Positions 28,158 to 40,600 of a DNA stretch of 64,000 bases are shown piece after piece. Source of the DNA: the human T2T-CHM13v2.0 reference genome, Homo sapiens; assembly GCF_009914755.1 (NCBI RefSeq), contig NC_060928.1, one strand, 5' to 3'. The notes beneath the pieces are model-generated. The model searched no databases. It was given only the letters and a program-made list of their open reading frames with translations, and was not told where the DNA came from. Within the stretch, counting starts at the first letter, position 1; each line of letters opens with the position of its first letter. Made by a program: the position numbers and the translations under genes.

Positions 28158-28634
28158 TTTACATAGGAAAAGTCACGTTAAAAGGAAATATTAGAATAAA
28201 GAAATACCAATAGAAACTCTTCCTCTTTTTGAAGAGAAAGTTAACAGCAAACATGTTGCTCAATGTTGTTCTGTGCTGAAATGATTACCAAAATGAGCTT
28301 TTCCAGTCAAGCCATTTCCACACCTGGAAAAATTTGGATAGATCATCTCAAGGTTAAGGTTCACGATTATATTTTATACACAAAAAACAGCTGTTACCAT
28401 TTATTTCCACTAAAAATCTTGGATGTTCACAATGTACCATAGAAAAATAAAATGTTCAGTCCTTGGAATGGACGAGGTAAAAATGGAAAAGAACGCAACA
28501 GAGATTTTACTGTCACATGGTGACAAGACACAATTTACCAAGTGTAAACACACACATGCTTCCAAAGGACCAGGGGGCCGAAAGTTTTGAAGACACCCTA
28601 GGGCTGCCCTGTAGCTTCAGGAGTCTCTCTAGAG

Positions 28635-28857
28635 CAGGGGTGTCCAATCTTTTGGCTTCCCTAGGCCACATTAGAAGAAGAACTGTCTTGAGCCACACAT
28701 AAAATATACTACCACTAATGACAGATGATGAGTTTTTTAAAAATTGCAAAAGAATCTCATAATGTTTTAAGAAAGTTTATGAATTCCTGTTGGGCTGCTG
28801 CATTCAAAGCCATCCTGGGCCACATGCAGCCCATGGATCATGGGTTGGGCAAACTTG
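28635..28857 (+). mobile_element. MER30 hAT MITE
   Basis: Termini CAGGGGTGTCCAATC / GGTTGGGCAAACTTG with a perfect 8-bp TSD CTCTAGAG (28627-28634 and 28858-28865). Confidence 0.9.
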
Positions 28858-29643
28858 CTCTAGAGGAACTCTCAAGTGTTTCTTTGCTTTATAAGCTGCC
28901 AAAAGTAATTTAAAAGAAAAGAGTCCTGTGGTTGGCCTGTTAAAGAAAGGTCATGAAGGCTGCAGCTTTCATTTTGGCTGTTTACTCTACCACTAACTCC
29001 TTAGATGACAATAAACAGATTCTTTCATTGCTTTATGTCCCATTTCTAGAAACTATGTGTATACATAAAGCATCTATCCTACAGGGGCCCTCTGGGTCTC
29101 CCCCCAGAGCAAAATGATTTTTTAAAATATAGTTATAAAAAGTTTATATAGTTATAAAACAGAATAGAATCATCATCATGATCATTTGTAAAGATTCATT
29201 CACTAACATCTGGCCTTCAGAGCTTCATTTTCAAGTCATTGGTCTAAGATACGTGCAAGAGAATAAAATCTCTCACTAGTGATACCCTATCAGTATTCTG
29301 TTGTACATGCCAATTTCTAAACTTACATTCTAAATCTGTTTAATGCATCCCACGAAGCCTATAACTGATCTGAATACAAAGTCAGGAATATTGACCAGTC
29401 TTAAAGAGCCATCAGAGATGGTGGAATAAACAGACTCTATTTCAAAAAAGCTAGATTCCAACCCCGATTGTTCCTCTAACTCCTTAACTTCTCAGGATCT
29501 CTTCTTTCTAAAATGACATGATCTGACCAGAGGATGGCTGGGCAATAAGTCATGTTATGCCCAGGTCTCCATTTTCACTTTCTCCCCCTTTTCTTTTTTT
29601 AAAAACTTTACCATTGTTGTGAGGGCAGCAATTCATACTCTTA

Positions 29644-29957
<314 letters not shown>

Positions 29958-30169
29958 TTTTTTTTAATGCTCAAAGAAGAAAAGCTTTATTGTGGATACA
30001 GATGGACAAATCCAGAAATAACTGTAGACATGCATGTAACATGGGCTGGCATGGATACATGTATTTCCTACTCTGTCCACTGGGAAGTAGTGCTGACACA
30101 GTAGCAATGATGACAGCCAGTGGCCAGATCTTAGTTTCTAATATCATTCTCCAATAAAAGGAAACAGGA

Positions 30170-31130
30170 ATCCTCAGAGAAGTGATTCTAGGGATGGGGA
30201 AAGGAAAATTCAAGATGAGTCTGCAAAGTCTTTTTTAAAAGTAAGAAAGTGCTAACAAACCAAAATGATAAGCACAAGTCAAAAGGACACACAAGCCAAA
30301 TGTAAGACTTCCCAGTGACCAAAGCTGGAACAACATGAAACCCAAAATAAATAAAGTAGTATTTGATTTTAACCCAAAGTATACAATAAATATATGTCAG
30401 TCCATATTGATATAAATGAGTGGTTGGATTAATAAATATAAATGTAGAGGAAGAGACAAATCTTCCTTAAGGAATTCCAAGTAACCTATGTAGATACTTT
30501 TACCTTCAGGAGGTAGCACTTAATTCTCCCTATCCCTTGAATATGGGCTGCATTTAGTGACTTGCTTCTAAAAGTAGAATATTTTTAGAAGGGAAAATGA
30601 AGGTGTATCTTTACCTTAGCATAACCAGTGATAAAACATATTGATATCATGTCCCTAAGATGATGCCATCTTCCCTCATGTGATTTGATGAGAATGGTGC
30701 TTCACCTTTCCAGTATCTTCCCCAGAACCCATAACCCTAGTCTAACCATGACAAAAACATCAGAAAAATCCCAACTGAGCAACATTCTACAAAATGCCTG
30801 GCCAGTACTCCAAATTATGAAGATCGTGAACAATCAGGAAAGACCCAAAATCTATCACACGCCAGTTGAAACTAAAAAAATAACCTAACTACTAAATGTA
30901 ATTGTAGTATCCTGGATGGCCTCTTGGAATAGTAAAAGGACTTTAGGGGAAAATTAATGAAATCTGAATGAAGTCTGGAGTTTATAGTTAATGTACCCAT
31001 GTTAGTTTATTATATTTGATAAATGCACCACAGTAGTATAAGATTCTAACAATAAAGAGTATACAGAAACTCTCTGTACTATCTTGGGAACTTTTCTGTA
31101 CATCTAAAGCTATTCTAAAATAAAATGCTT
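30170..31130 (+). mobile_element. Old L1 (L1MC-like) 3' region
   Basis: ACTAAATGTAATTGTAGTATCCTGGATGG...AATGAAATCTGAAT...CTCTCTGTACTATCTTGGGAACTTTTCTGTACATCTAAAGCTATTCTAAAATAAAA. Confidence 0.75.
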
Positions 31131-32659
31131 AGGGAAGGTAAAGGAGGGAGAAGGAAGGGGAAAAGAAGAAAGTAAGGGGAAGGGAGGGCAAGGATGAGAA
31201 ATAAAGACTTCGTGGTCAGGAAGAACTCCTCACAACCAGAGCCATCAGCCAAGATAAGGGACTGACCCAGGAAGCAGTAAAGTCTCCATCAGTGGCAAAG
31301 AGAGGCAGGGTGGTCATCTGCCCAAGATGAAGCAAGGAGAACCCTGTGCCACTTTGGCTTGGAAGGTAAACTAGACTAGACCCTCCTAGTGCTATCCATA
31401 AAAGCATGGTTCCAAACTGAATGTTTATACATTTTCTGCTCTTCTCTATTCTTAGAATGGAACCTTGACAATAACGAAGAAAAAAAATCCGTGACTCCAT
31501 AGATTGAAAATGTTTTAAAGGCAGAAGATAGAATCTCAAGAGGATTAATAATAAGGATGTGGGAATAAGATAATATGCTTGGGTTTCAATCCAGGCTGTA
31601 CCAATTACTAGCTGTATGACCTTGGGCAAATTATTTACCTTCTCCAAGTCTCAATTTCCTCATCTGTAAAATGGAAACAATACCATAAATGCCTGAATAT
31701 TAGACAATCCTATATCACAGCCATCTGTGTGCATAACATTGGGACAATTGCTTAAACTACTTTGTGGTTTCAAATGACGTAATCCCCATAACAGGATAGT
31801 CTTTGTAAAGACTCAAATATAAGATGATGCCCTATTTTCTGAGGGCTAATTTGGGGAAAGTACTTTACCTGATTTAGGAATATATAATCATAGCTTTTGC
31901 TTTATCAGGTTGTTCTGAAGTTGTAACGTCAGAAGTGAATTACACAACCAGTAAATATAAAATATTACTACCACGACTCCCACCTGCTACCCCACAGGCT
32001 CCTTTCTTAGAACTGATTAAGATGGTTGGAAAGAGAATTAGACCTTCTAAGAAGAGGAAGTTAGTAGTCTCAAAGGAGGGAGGGGCAGCCTACAAATACT
32101 GGGTTTGAAATCACATCTTGGAACTTAACTACAACAGTCAGTGAAAGGTCAAAGGCAATATAAACATTATTAAACACTGCCATTTAAAAAGGACATGCAC
32201 AGCAAACCAAATCTGAGACCAAAAGAAAAAAGGTTTCCTTACAAAGTACTGAGATTAAGTTTCTCATTTGTTTTGATATAAATGGGCTTACTAGCAGGAG
32301 GTAGAAGACTGAAGCTGTGTCTAGAGTGACAAAACCTTTTGTTTATCTGAAGTCTGGGGCTCCTGTTATTCTTGAATGAGTCCTCAGTCACTATGCGCAA
32401 AAGGCCCTCTGTAAAATATGTGTTTTTTTTAGAAAGCTGACCTTTTTAGTTCAATTAAAATGCCACTGCAAAGTCAGAGTTTGTCTCTGTACTGGCTACC
32501 TTGGCAGGCATGAGGAGCAAACAGGCTTTATTCCACGTGGCTGCAGAGCAGGCCAGGCTGGCTGTACACCTGCCCTTCTATGGTGCACAGCCTGAAAACA
32601 CTCAGTAAAACTCCACATCATGCTAAGCTTCTGCTGGAGAACCCATCTCTGCAACTCAT

Positions 32660-35529
32660 CGTGTTAGTCCATTTGTGTTGCTATGAAGGAATACCTGAGG
32701 CTTGGTACTTTACGAGGAAAAGAGATTTATTTGGCTCACAGTTCTGCAGGTTGTACAAGCATGGTATTAGCATCTCTTGGCTTCTGGTAAGGCCCCAGGA
32801 ATCTTCAATCACAAAGGAAGGCAAAGGGGGCGCTCAGCACATCACATGATAAGAGAGAGCAAGAGAGAAGTGGGGAGGTACCACACTCTTTTAAACAACA
32901 AGATCTTTTATGAACTCAAAGCAAGAACTCACTTGTTACGATGAAGAGGGCACCAAGCTATTAATGAGGGATCTACCCCCATAACCCAAACATCTCCCAC
33001 CAGGCCCCACCTCCAACACTGGGGATCACATTTCAGTCGTTTTGTATTATTATTTTTGACAAACCAGACTTTACTAAAATTTCTGTTCATCTGATGTAAT
33101 TAACAAGGCAGTAAAAGGTAAATCCAGTCTCCTATATAAACAAAACACTTCAAAGAATCAGTACAAAGTATACCAAAGCTGAGACTTCATGAAAGAGGAT
33201 ATCCAAATACCATTAGGCACATATACATGTACTCAGCATCATTAATCAACAGGAAAATGCAAGCTAAATTCACAGTAAATCCGTATCATACTAACTGGAA
33301 TGGCTAAGTGAAAAAAAAAAATTAAAAAAAGAACCTTCCAATATCAAATGTAGGCAAGGATGTGGAGCCACTAAACGTCTCATACATTGCTACAAGGAGT
33401 GAATATTAACATAAACACTATTAAAACCTGTTTTGTGACATCCACTAAAGCTGAACACAAGAATTTCTGATGAAGCAAAAACTTCATTCTTAGGTATAGG
33501 GGTTTCAATATGAGATTTGGAGGGGGCAAATATCCAAATATCATTCCATCCATGGCCTCCTCAAATCTCATGTCCTCGCAATAAAAAATACAGTCATCCC
33601 CTCCCAATAGTCCAAGGTCTTGACTCATTCCAGAATCAGCTCAAAAGTCCAAAGTCTCATCATAGACTCAAAGTAAGTTCCTTTCACTTATAAGCCTGAA
33701 AAATCAAATAAAGCTATTTACTTCCAAGATACAATGGTGGTATAGAAATTGGGTAGATGTTCCCATTCCAAAAAGGAGGAATCAGCCAAAAGAACGGGGC
33801 AACAGACCCTACACAAGTCTAAAACCCAGCAGGGCAGACATTAAACCTTAATGCTCCAAAAAAAAATCTTTGACTCTATGTCTCACATCCTGGGCACACT
33901 GGTGTGAGAAGTAGGCTCCCAAGGCCTTTGACAGCCCTGCCCCTGTGGCTTTGAAGGGTGCAACCATGAAGGTTGCTGTCATGGGTCAGAGGTAAGTGTC
34001 TGCAGCTTTTCCAAGCTCCGGATGCAAGCTGCCAATGGCTCCACCATTCTGCAGTCTGGAGGATGGTGCCCTCCTTCCCACAAAGCTCATCTTGAGAGTG
34101 TCCCAGTGTGGAATCTGTGTGGGGGCACCAACCTCACATTTCCCCTCCACACTGCCTTAGTAGAGTCTCTCTGCAGGGGCTCCACCTCTTCAACAGGTTT
34201 CTGCCTGGGCATCCAGGCTTTCCAATACATCTTCTGAAATCTAGGGGGAAGCTGCCAAGCCTGCTTCACTCATGCACTCTGCGTGCCTACAGTCTTAAAA
34301 CCATGTGAAACCTGCCAAGGTTTATGGATTGTGCCCTCCAGAGCAGCAACTAAAGTAGTATCTGGGGCCCTTTGAGCCACAGCTGGAGCTGGAGTGGCCA
34401 GGATCCTGGGAGCAGTGTCCTGAGGCTGCATAGGGCAGTGGGGCCTCAGATCTGGCCCCTGAAACTATTCTTTCCTCCTACACCTCTGGCCCTGTAATGA
34501 GAGGGGCTGCAAAGGAGATTTCTGATGCTTTCAAGGCCATTTTCTCATTGTTTTGGATATTAGCACTTGGATCCCTTTTAGTCATGTAAAATCTCTCTAG
34601 TAAGTTGTTGCTCCACAGTCTGCTTGTATTCCTCTCCTGAAAATGCTCTTTCCATCTCTACTACATGGCCAGATTGTGACTTTTCCAAATTTTTATGCTT
34701 TGCTTCCCTTTTAAATATCAATTCCAACTTTAAGTAATTTTTTTGCTCCTATATCTGGTCATAGGTTGTTAGAAGCAACCATACCACATCATGAGTGTTT
34801 TGCTGCTTAGAAATTTCTTCTGCCAGAAACTCTAAGTCATCTTGCATAACATGAGTGACCATCATTCCAATTCTCAATAACTTTCTCATTTCCAACTGAG
34901 ACCTCATCAGCCTGGGCCATCACTGTCCATATTTCTATCAGCATTTTGGTCACAACTATTGAACCACTCTCTAATAAGCTCCAAACTTTCCCTCATCTTC
35001 CTTTTTTCTTCTGAGATCTCTAAACTCTTCCAGCCTCTGCCTATTCCCAAGTTCCAAATCCACTTCCACATTCTCAAGTATTTTTATAGCAATACCCCAT
35101 TCCTCGTACCGATTTTTTGTGTTTGTTTGCATTGCTATAAAGGAATACCTGAGGCTGGGTAATTTATAAAGAAAAGAGGTTAATTTCTCTCACAGTTCTG
35201 CAGGCTGTACAAGCATGGCACAAGCATCTGCTCAGCTTCTGGTAAGGTCTCAGGAAGCTTTACAATCATGGTAGAAGGCAAAGAGTGAGCTGGCATATCA
35301 CATGGTGAAAGAGAATGGAGGTCGGGGGAGCAGGTAGCATACTCTTTTAAACAACCAGATCTCACATAAACTCTGAGCAAGAACTCACTCACTACTGTGA
35401 GGAGGGCACCTAGGAATCAAGAGGGATCTGCCCTCATGATCCAAACATCTCCCACCAGGCCCCACCTCCAACATTGAGAATCACATTTCAACATGAGATT
35501 TGGAGGGGGCAAATATCCAAACTATATCA
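32660..35529 (-). mobile_element. Two-LTR MST-type MaLR provirus (LTR 32660-33543 interrupted; internal region ~33544-35117; LTR ~35118-35529)
   Basis: The two homologous LTRs share GGAATACCTGAGGCT, CTCACAGTTCTGCAGG.TGTACAAGCATGG, ACATCTCCCACCAGGCCCCACCTCCAACA and ATGAGATTTGGAGGGGGCAAATATCCAAA. They flank MaLR-type internal sequence. Confidence 0.88.
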
Positions 35530-35594
35530 TCCTCCAAGCTTCAGCCAAGCCATGGTGTGTGCAGGCTTATAGGATGTTGCCAGTGGGAGCCTGA

Positions 35595-36067
35595 CAGAGT
35601 GCTCAAAGGAGCCCACATCCTAGTCCCTGGAATCTGTGACTGTGATACTCTATCTGACAAAAGGGACTTTGCAGATGTGATGAAGGTTGCAGATCTTCAG
35701 ATGGGAAGATTGCCTACATTATCTGGGTAGGGCCAATCTAATCATATGAGTGCTTAAAAATAGAGGACTTTTCCTGGCTGTGCTGAGAGAGAGAGATGTG
35801 ATGATGAAGAATCAGAGAGATTCAACATTTATGGCTTTGAAGATGGAAGAAGAAGGCCATGAGCCATGGAATGCAGGGGGCCTGTGGAAGCTGGAAAGAG
35901 CAAGGAAACAAATTCTCTCCTAGAGCCTCCAGAAAGAGAGACAACCCTGATGACATCTTGATGTTAATCCAGTAAGACCTTCCGAACAGTAAGAGAACAA
36001 ATCCGTTGTTGTGTTAAGCCACTAAATTTGTGGTAATTTGCTACAGCAGCAATAGAAAATTAATACA
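35595..36067 (+). mobile_element. MLT1 (D-like) solo LTR
   Basis: AAAAGGGACTTTGCAGATGTGAT...GAAGCTGGAAAGAGCAAGGAAACAAATTCTC...GCAGCAATAGAAAATTAATACA. Confidence 0.8.
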
Positions 36068-36150
36068 AGTGGTTGATGTGAGGTAGGGCCTGAGAAGTTC
36101 TGCATCAGGGCACACAACTCAGGCAGAGAATCTGGTACACGGTGGTAGGA

Positions 36151-36492
36151 TGCTGTGGTTTGAATGTTTGTCCCCTCCAAAACTCAAGCTGAAATTTAAT
36201 TGCTATTGTAACAGTATTAAGAAGTGGGACATTTAAGAGATAATTAGGCCATAAGGGATCTACCCTCATGGGTGGGACTGGTGCAGTTATAAAGCAGCAA
36301 ATTCAGCCCTCTCTTGCTCTCTCAACCTTTCCACCTTTCTGTAAGGGATAATGCAGCAAAAAGGCCTCACCAAACGCCAGCACCTTGATATTGGACTTCC
36401 CAGCCTCCAGAACCATAAGCCAATAAATTTCTAGTTGTTATAAATTACCCAGTCTCAGGTATTGTTGTAGCAGCACAGAACAGACTAAGACA
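36151..36492 (+). mobile_element. MST/MLT1A-type solo LTR
   Basis: TGCTGTGGTTTGAATG...AATAAA...CAGACTAAGACA, flanked by TAGGA/TAGGG (degenerate 5-bp TSD). Confidence 0.82.
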
Positions 36493-37053
36493 TAGGGCTC
36501 AATACGTACTTGCTGAATGATTAAATGAAGAAGCAATAACATGCATGAACAGGCAATTCAGCTGTATCCATTCCACCTGTACCACTAGGGATCCAGTGCA
36601 TGTCTTCAGGGATGTGATAGAGAAGAAAGACACAGAGACACACTGAATTTAAAGCCTGCTACTTAATAATTTTACCAAGAACTAGTCAGTTCAAAATCAT
36701 GTAATCGCATAAGCCAATATTTATCAGATCCAGAATAATTATATAAGAGGACAGCAGTTTTCTAAGTTTGGTCCACAGGCTCCTGAGATCCCAGAGATTC
36801 TGTCAAGAGGTCCATGAGGTCAAAATTATTTTTGTAATAACAGTAATACATTCTTTACCTTTTTCACTGTATTGACATTTGCACTAATAGTGTAAAAGTA
36901 TGGTGGGTAAATTTGCAGGTAACAACACAGATAAAGGCAGCGGCTCCAAACTAATAGTCGCTGAATTCTTTACCACTAGGCTATATTTTGTGAGCTATAT
37001 ATACTCACAGCTGAATTTTGTAAAAGCCAGTTTCACTTAAGAGCTCTTGATAT

Positions 37054-37377
37054 GGCCAGATACAGTGGCTCACACCTGTAATCCCTGCACTTTGGGAGGC
37101 CCAGGTGGGTGGATCATGAGGTCAGGAGTTCCAGACCAGCCTGGCCAAGAGAGCAGCCTGGCCAATATGGTGAAACCCTGTCCCTAATAAAAATACAAAA
37201 ATTAGCCAGGTATGGTTGCAGGCACCTGTAATCCCAGCTACTCAGGAGGCTGAGGCAGGAGAATTGCTTGAACCCGGGAGGCAGAGGTTGCAGTGAGCCG
37301 AAGATCATGCCATTGCACTCCAGCCTGGGTGACAGAGTGAGACTCAACTCAAAAAAAAAAAAAAAGAAAAGAAAAAA
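37054..37377 (+). mobile_element. AluS (g-like) with a small internal duplication of CAGCCTGGCCAA
   Basis: Full Alu with A-rich tail. Confidence 0.92.
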
Positions 37378-37386
37378 GAGCTCCTG

Positions 37387-37660
37387 GCCTGTAATCCCAG
37401 CACTTTGGGAGGCCAAGGCGGGCAGATCATGAGGTCAGGAGATCAAGACCATCCTGACTAACACGGTGAAACCCCGTCTCTACTAAAAATACAAAAAAAT
37501 TAGCCGGGTGTGGTGGCAGGCACCTGTAGTCCCAGCTACTTGGGAGCCTGAGGCAGGAGAATGGCATGAACCCAGGAGGCGGAGCTTGCCGTGAGCCGAG
37601 ATTGAGCCACTGCGCTCCAGCTTGGGCGACAGAGTGAGACTCCGTCTCAAAACAAACAAA
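37387..37660 (+). mobile_element. 5'-truncated AluY
   Basis: GAGATCAAGACCATCCTGACTAACACGG; GAATGGCATGAACCCAGGAGGCGGAGCTTG. Confidence 0.92.
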
Positions 37661-40600
37661 GAGCTCATGACAAAGCGGTCAAACTTATTAATCTTATTGA
37701 CTTTCAATCCTAAATGTCTCTTTAATATTGTGCATGACAAAATGGGAGTATGTATGAAGCACTTCTGCTATATACTAACGACGATGGTTATCCCTAGAAA
37801 AAGCACTTGTGCAATTGTTTTGAGTTGTGTACTGAAGTAATCTCTTCTTTCATGCAATAGCATTGTTACTTGAAAGAATGACATAGAAGTTACAATTTTT
37901 AAAACTTGCCTATTTGGCACATATTTTCTCCAAAATGAACGAAGTGAGCCTGTTCCTTCAAGGAAAACAACCGATATACTTACTGTCAATGTCAAAATTC
38001 TGGCAAAAATTGGAATTCTGGAAAACTTATATATGCCATTGCCAGATGATCTATTCTTAAAAACTTTTCTGATGAGATCATTGGTGACATTAAATGTGAT
38101 TTTTTGAATTACATAATAAAATGTGTTGACATTTGGAACATCTGTATAATTTGGTGAATCAAAATGCTTTCCAAATGACCAATGCATGATGTAAGAAAAT
38201 CAGGCATAGGCTAAAGATCCATCCAAAATACAAGGTAGACCAGCGAATTTTAATGTAAAAGGGTACAAAAAGCTCATTGATAGGGTTTCCAATGCCACAT
38301 TACAACTTACCTTCAAGTAATCACTACTTGTAGAGTTTAGATACAGCATCAAACAAGGATATCCACAAGCATCTAAAAAAGCCATCACAATATTCCTCCC
38401 TTTTCCCACTGGATGTCTGCATGAGGCTTGATTTTTTTCATATTTTTCAACCAAAACAATATATAGCAGCCTATTGAATGAGGAAGCAAACATAAGAATC
38501 CAGCTGTTTTCTATTCAGCAAAACATTAAAAATATTTTCAAAAATATAAACAAATGTCATCCTCATTTTTTTTGTTCTGGAAATATGGTTACTCTTCATA
38601 AAATATGTTATTTATACTATGAATCAATGGATTTACTTTTTTTAAGAATACTTTTCAATTTTCTCAGTATTAATTTCTAACAGAGTAAATATCAATAGTT
38701 ACCAATTTAAGGATATCAAATCCTAAAAAGAAAGCTCATTATTTTCTACTCTCTTTTCCTCTCTCCACAGCTGAAATACAGATAAAGTGGTTGTAATCCA
38801 GCTTCATCTACGTTGTTAGAGAGAAAGGCTGAGAAACAAGATAGAAGGCAGATTAGCTCCCTGGATCAGAGCTTCTCAAAACTTAATGTTCATGTAAATT
38901 ATGTGCGCTCAGTTAAATTTGTTAGGTCTGGGATGGGGCCTAAAGATTCTGCACTTCTAAAAAACTTCCAGGTTGATGTCAATGCTTCTGATCTTGTAGC
39001 TCCTTCGAGTCCCCTGGTAAGGTACATGAATGGCCTCAGAACCTTAGCCCAGGTTAAAACCTCCAGTGGAGGGATTATATAGTTCCAGCACAAATAATGT
39101 AGACCACATTTTGAATGTCATGTGGACTGGACCATCCAACTATTTCTAGACTGCAGTGTCAAAGTGAAATAAGCTATCCTGTTCGAGTCCCTATATCACT
39201 TCTTTTGGTATAGCACTTTAATCTGCATAATAATATAACACGTAAATACATATCTCCAGCCAAATTTCTCTCCTTTGCTCCAAACCCAGCCAAAACTACC
39301 TATTGGACTTCTCCACTTGTATATCTCACCTGTAAATTTGATTCAATGTGTCTAAAGCTGAAATCACTATTTGTACCCCCAAATTTGCTCTTCATCCTCT
39401 ACATCCTGTACTGTTGTGTGGTACCATCACTGTTCCAGTTGACCAAGTCAGAAGCTTGGACTCTACCAGAATTCTCCCTTGCCCCTGCCACAGCAAATCA
39501 GCCAAGTCTTGATGATTTTTATATATCCATCCCTTCTTATCCATTCCTTCCCCTACCACTTAAGTTGTAATTACCATCATCTCTAGCCACAATATATCTC
39601 ACTCTAAAACAAAAAACTGATCCACTTAAAATTATTTAAAGTTAAATAAAATCCTCCAGACAAAGCCCTTAACATTACATATGCATCCCATTTATCTTCT
39701 TGGCCCCAATTAACTGCTTAGCCTCAACAGTCACGACTTCTTTTCTGACAGATTACAATTAAACTTTACTGAACTACTTGCATTTGCCTCTGTGCTTTTA
39801 TGCATGCAAATCTCCCTGCCTAGACTGTTCTTTTCCCTCTTCACTTTGTCTCAGGATTCAACCTAAGCATTATCTTCTTTGACCTTCCCTAAATGGGTTA
39901 AATGTGCCTATTTTGCAATCCCAAAGAAGCCTCTCTGTCTGTCTGCCATGGCTCTTATCACCCTAAATTTAATTATCTATTCATATCTAGCTTTCTTCTA
40001 AGACTGAAAAATCCTCAATAGCAAGAACCACATTTTATTCCTAATCCCATCTCCAGGACCTAGCTCCGCCCTTTGAATACAGTTGGTATTGAAATCATAC
40101 TTGTCTCTACAATGAAATAGCTGACATTAGAAAAAAAGAAAAAAATAAACATTTATAAAGATATAATTGTAGATTATCTCATTTAGTCCTCCTAATTACC
40201 CTGTAATATGGCTATAATTATTACAGAGGAGGAAACTGAGTTTGAAAAAGATTACTTGTCGAAGATATCAGCTGGTGAATGTTTGAGCTGGAATCCAACT
40301 CAACGCCATCTTTCTTCAAAATATACATCGAGTCTACTACACATTTTCGTCTCCAGGGCTTCCCAGTCAGAAGAAAGCTAGAGTTTGCAGGGAAGGGGAA
40401 TCCAAATCCTTGGGACAAGGATGATTATGACAAGGATTCTGACTAGGACAAATAGTTAAGGGACCCAGCTTATAAGACAATAGATAAATTATATGAGAGT
40501 AGAGGCAGTAGCAGGGAAACTTTAGACATCAGAGGTAATCTACTGACTAGTGGCTCCTTAGAGTTCTCTGGTAAGGCACACGACTAGCCCAAAGTCTCAG

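Larger units (their letters stand above)
36752..38710 (+). mobile_element. Charlie1-type hAT DNA transposon relic, interrupted by two Alus
   Basis: 5' end CAGCAGTTTTCTAAGTTTGGTCC...GAGGTCAAAATTATTTT. Degenerate transposase motifs occur near 37765-37830 (RWLS..K.L-like) and 38395-38440 (FPT..L.EA.F-like hAT dimerisation motif). Confidence 0.78.

Noticed and set aside
37768-38493. Minus-strand ORFs of 139 and 97 aa
   Set aside because: They are antisense to a decayed Charlie1 transposase and have no independent coding signal.
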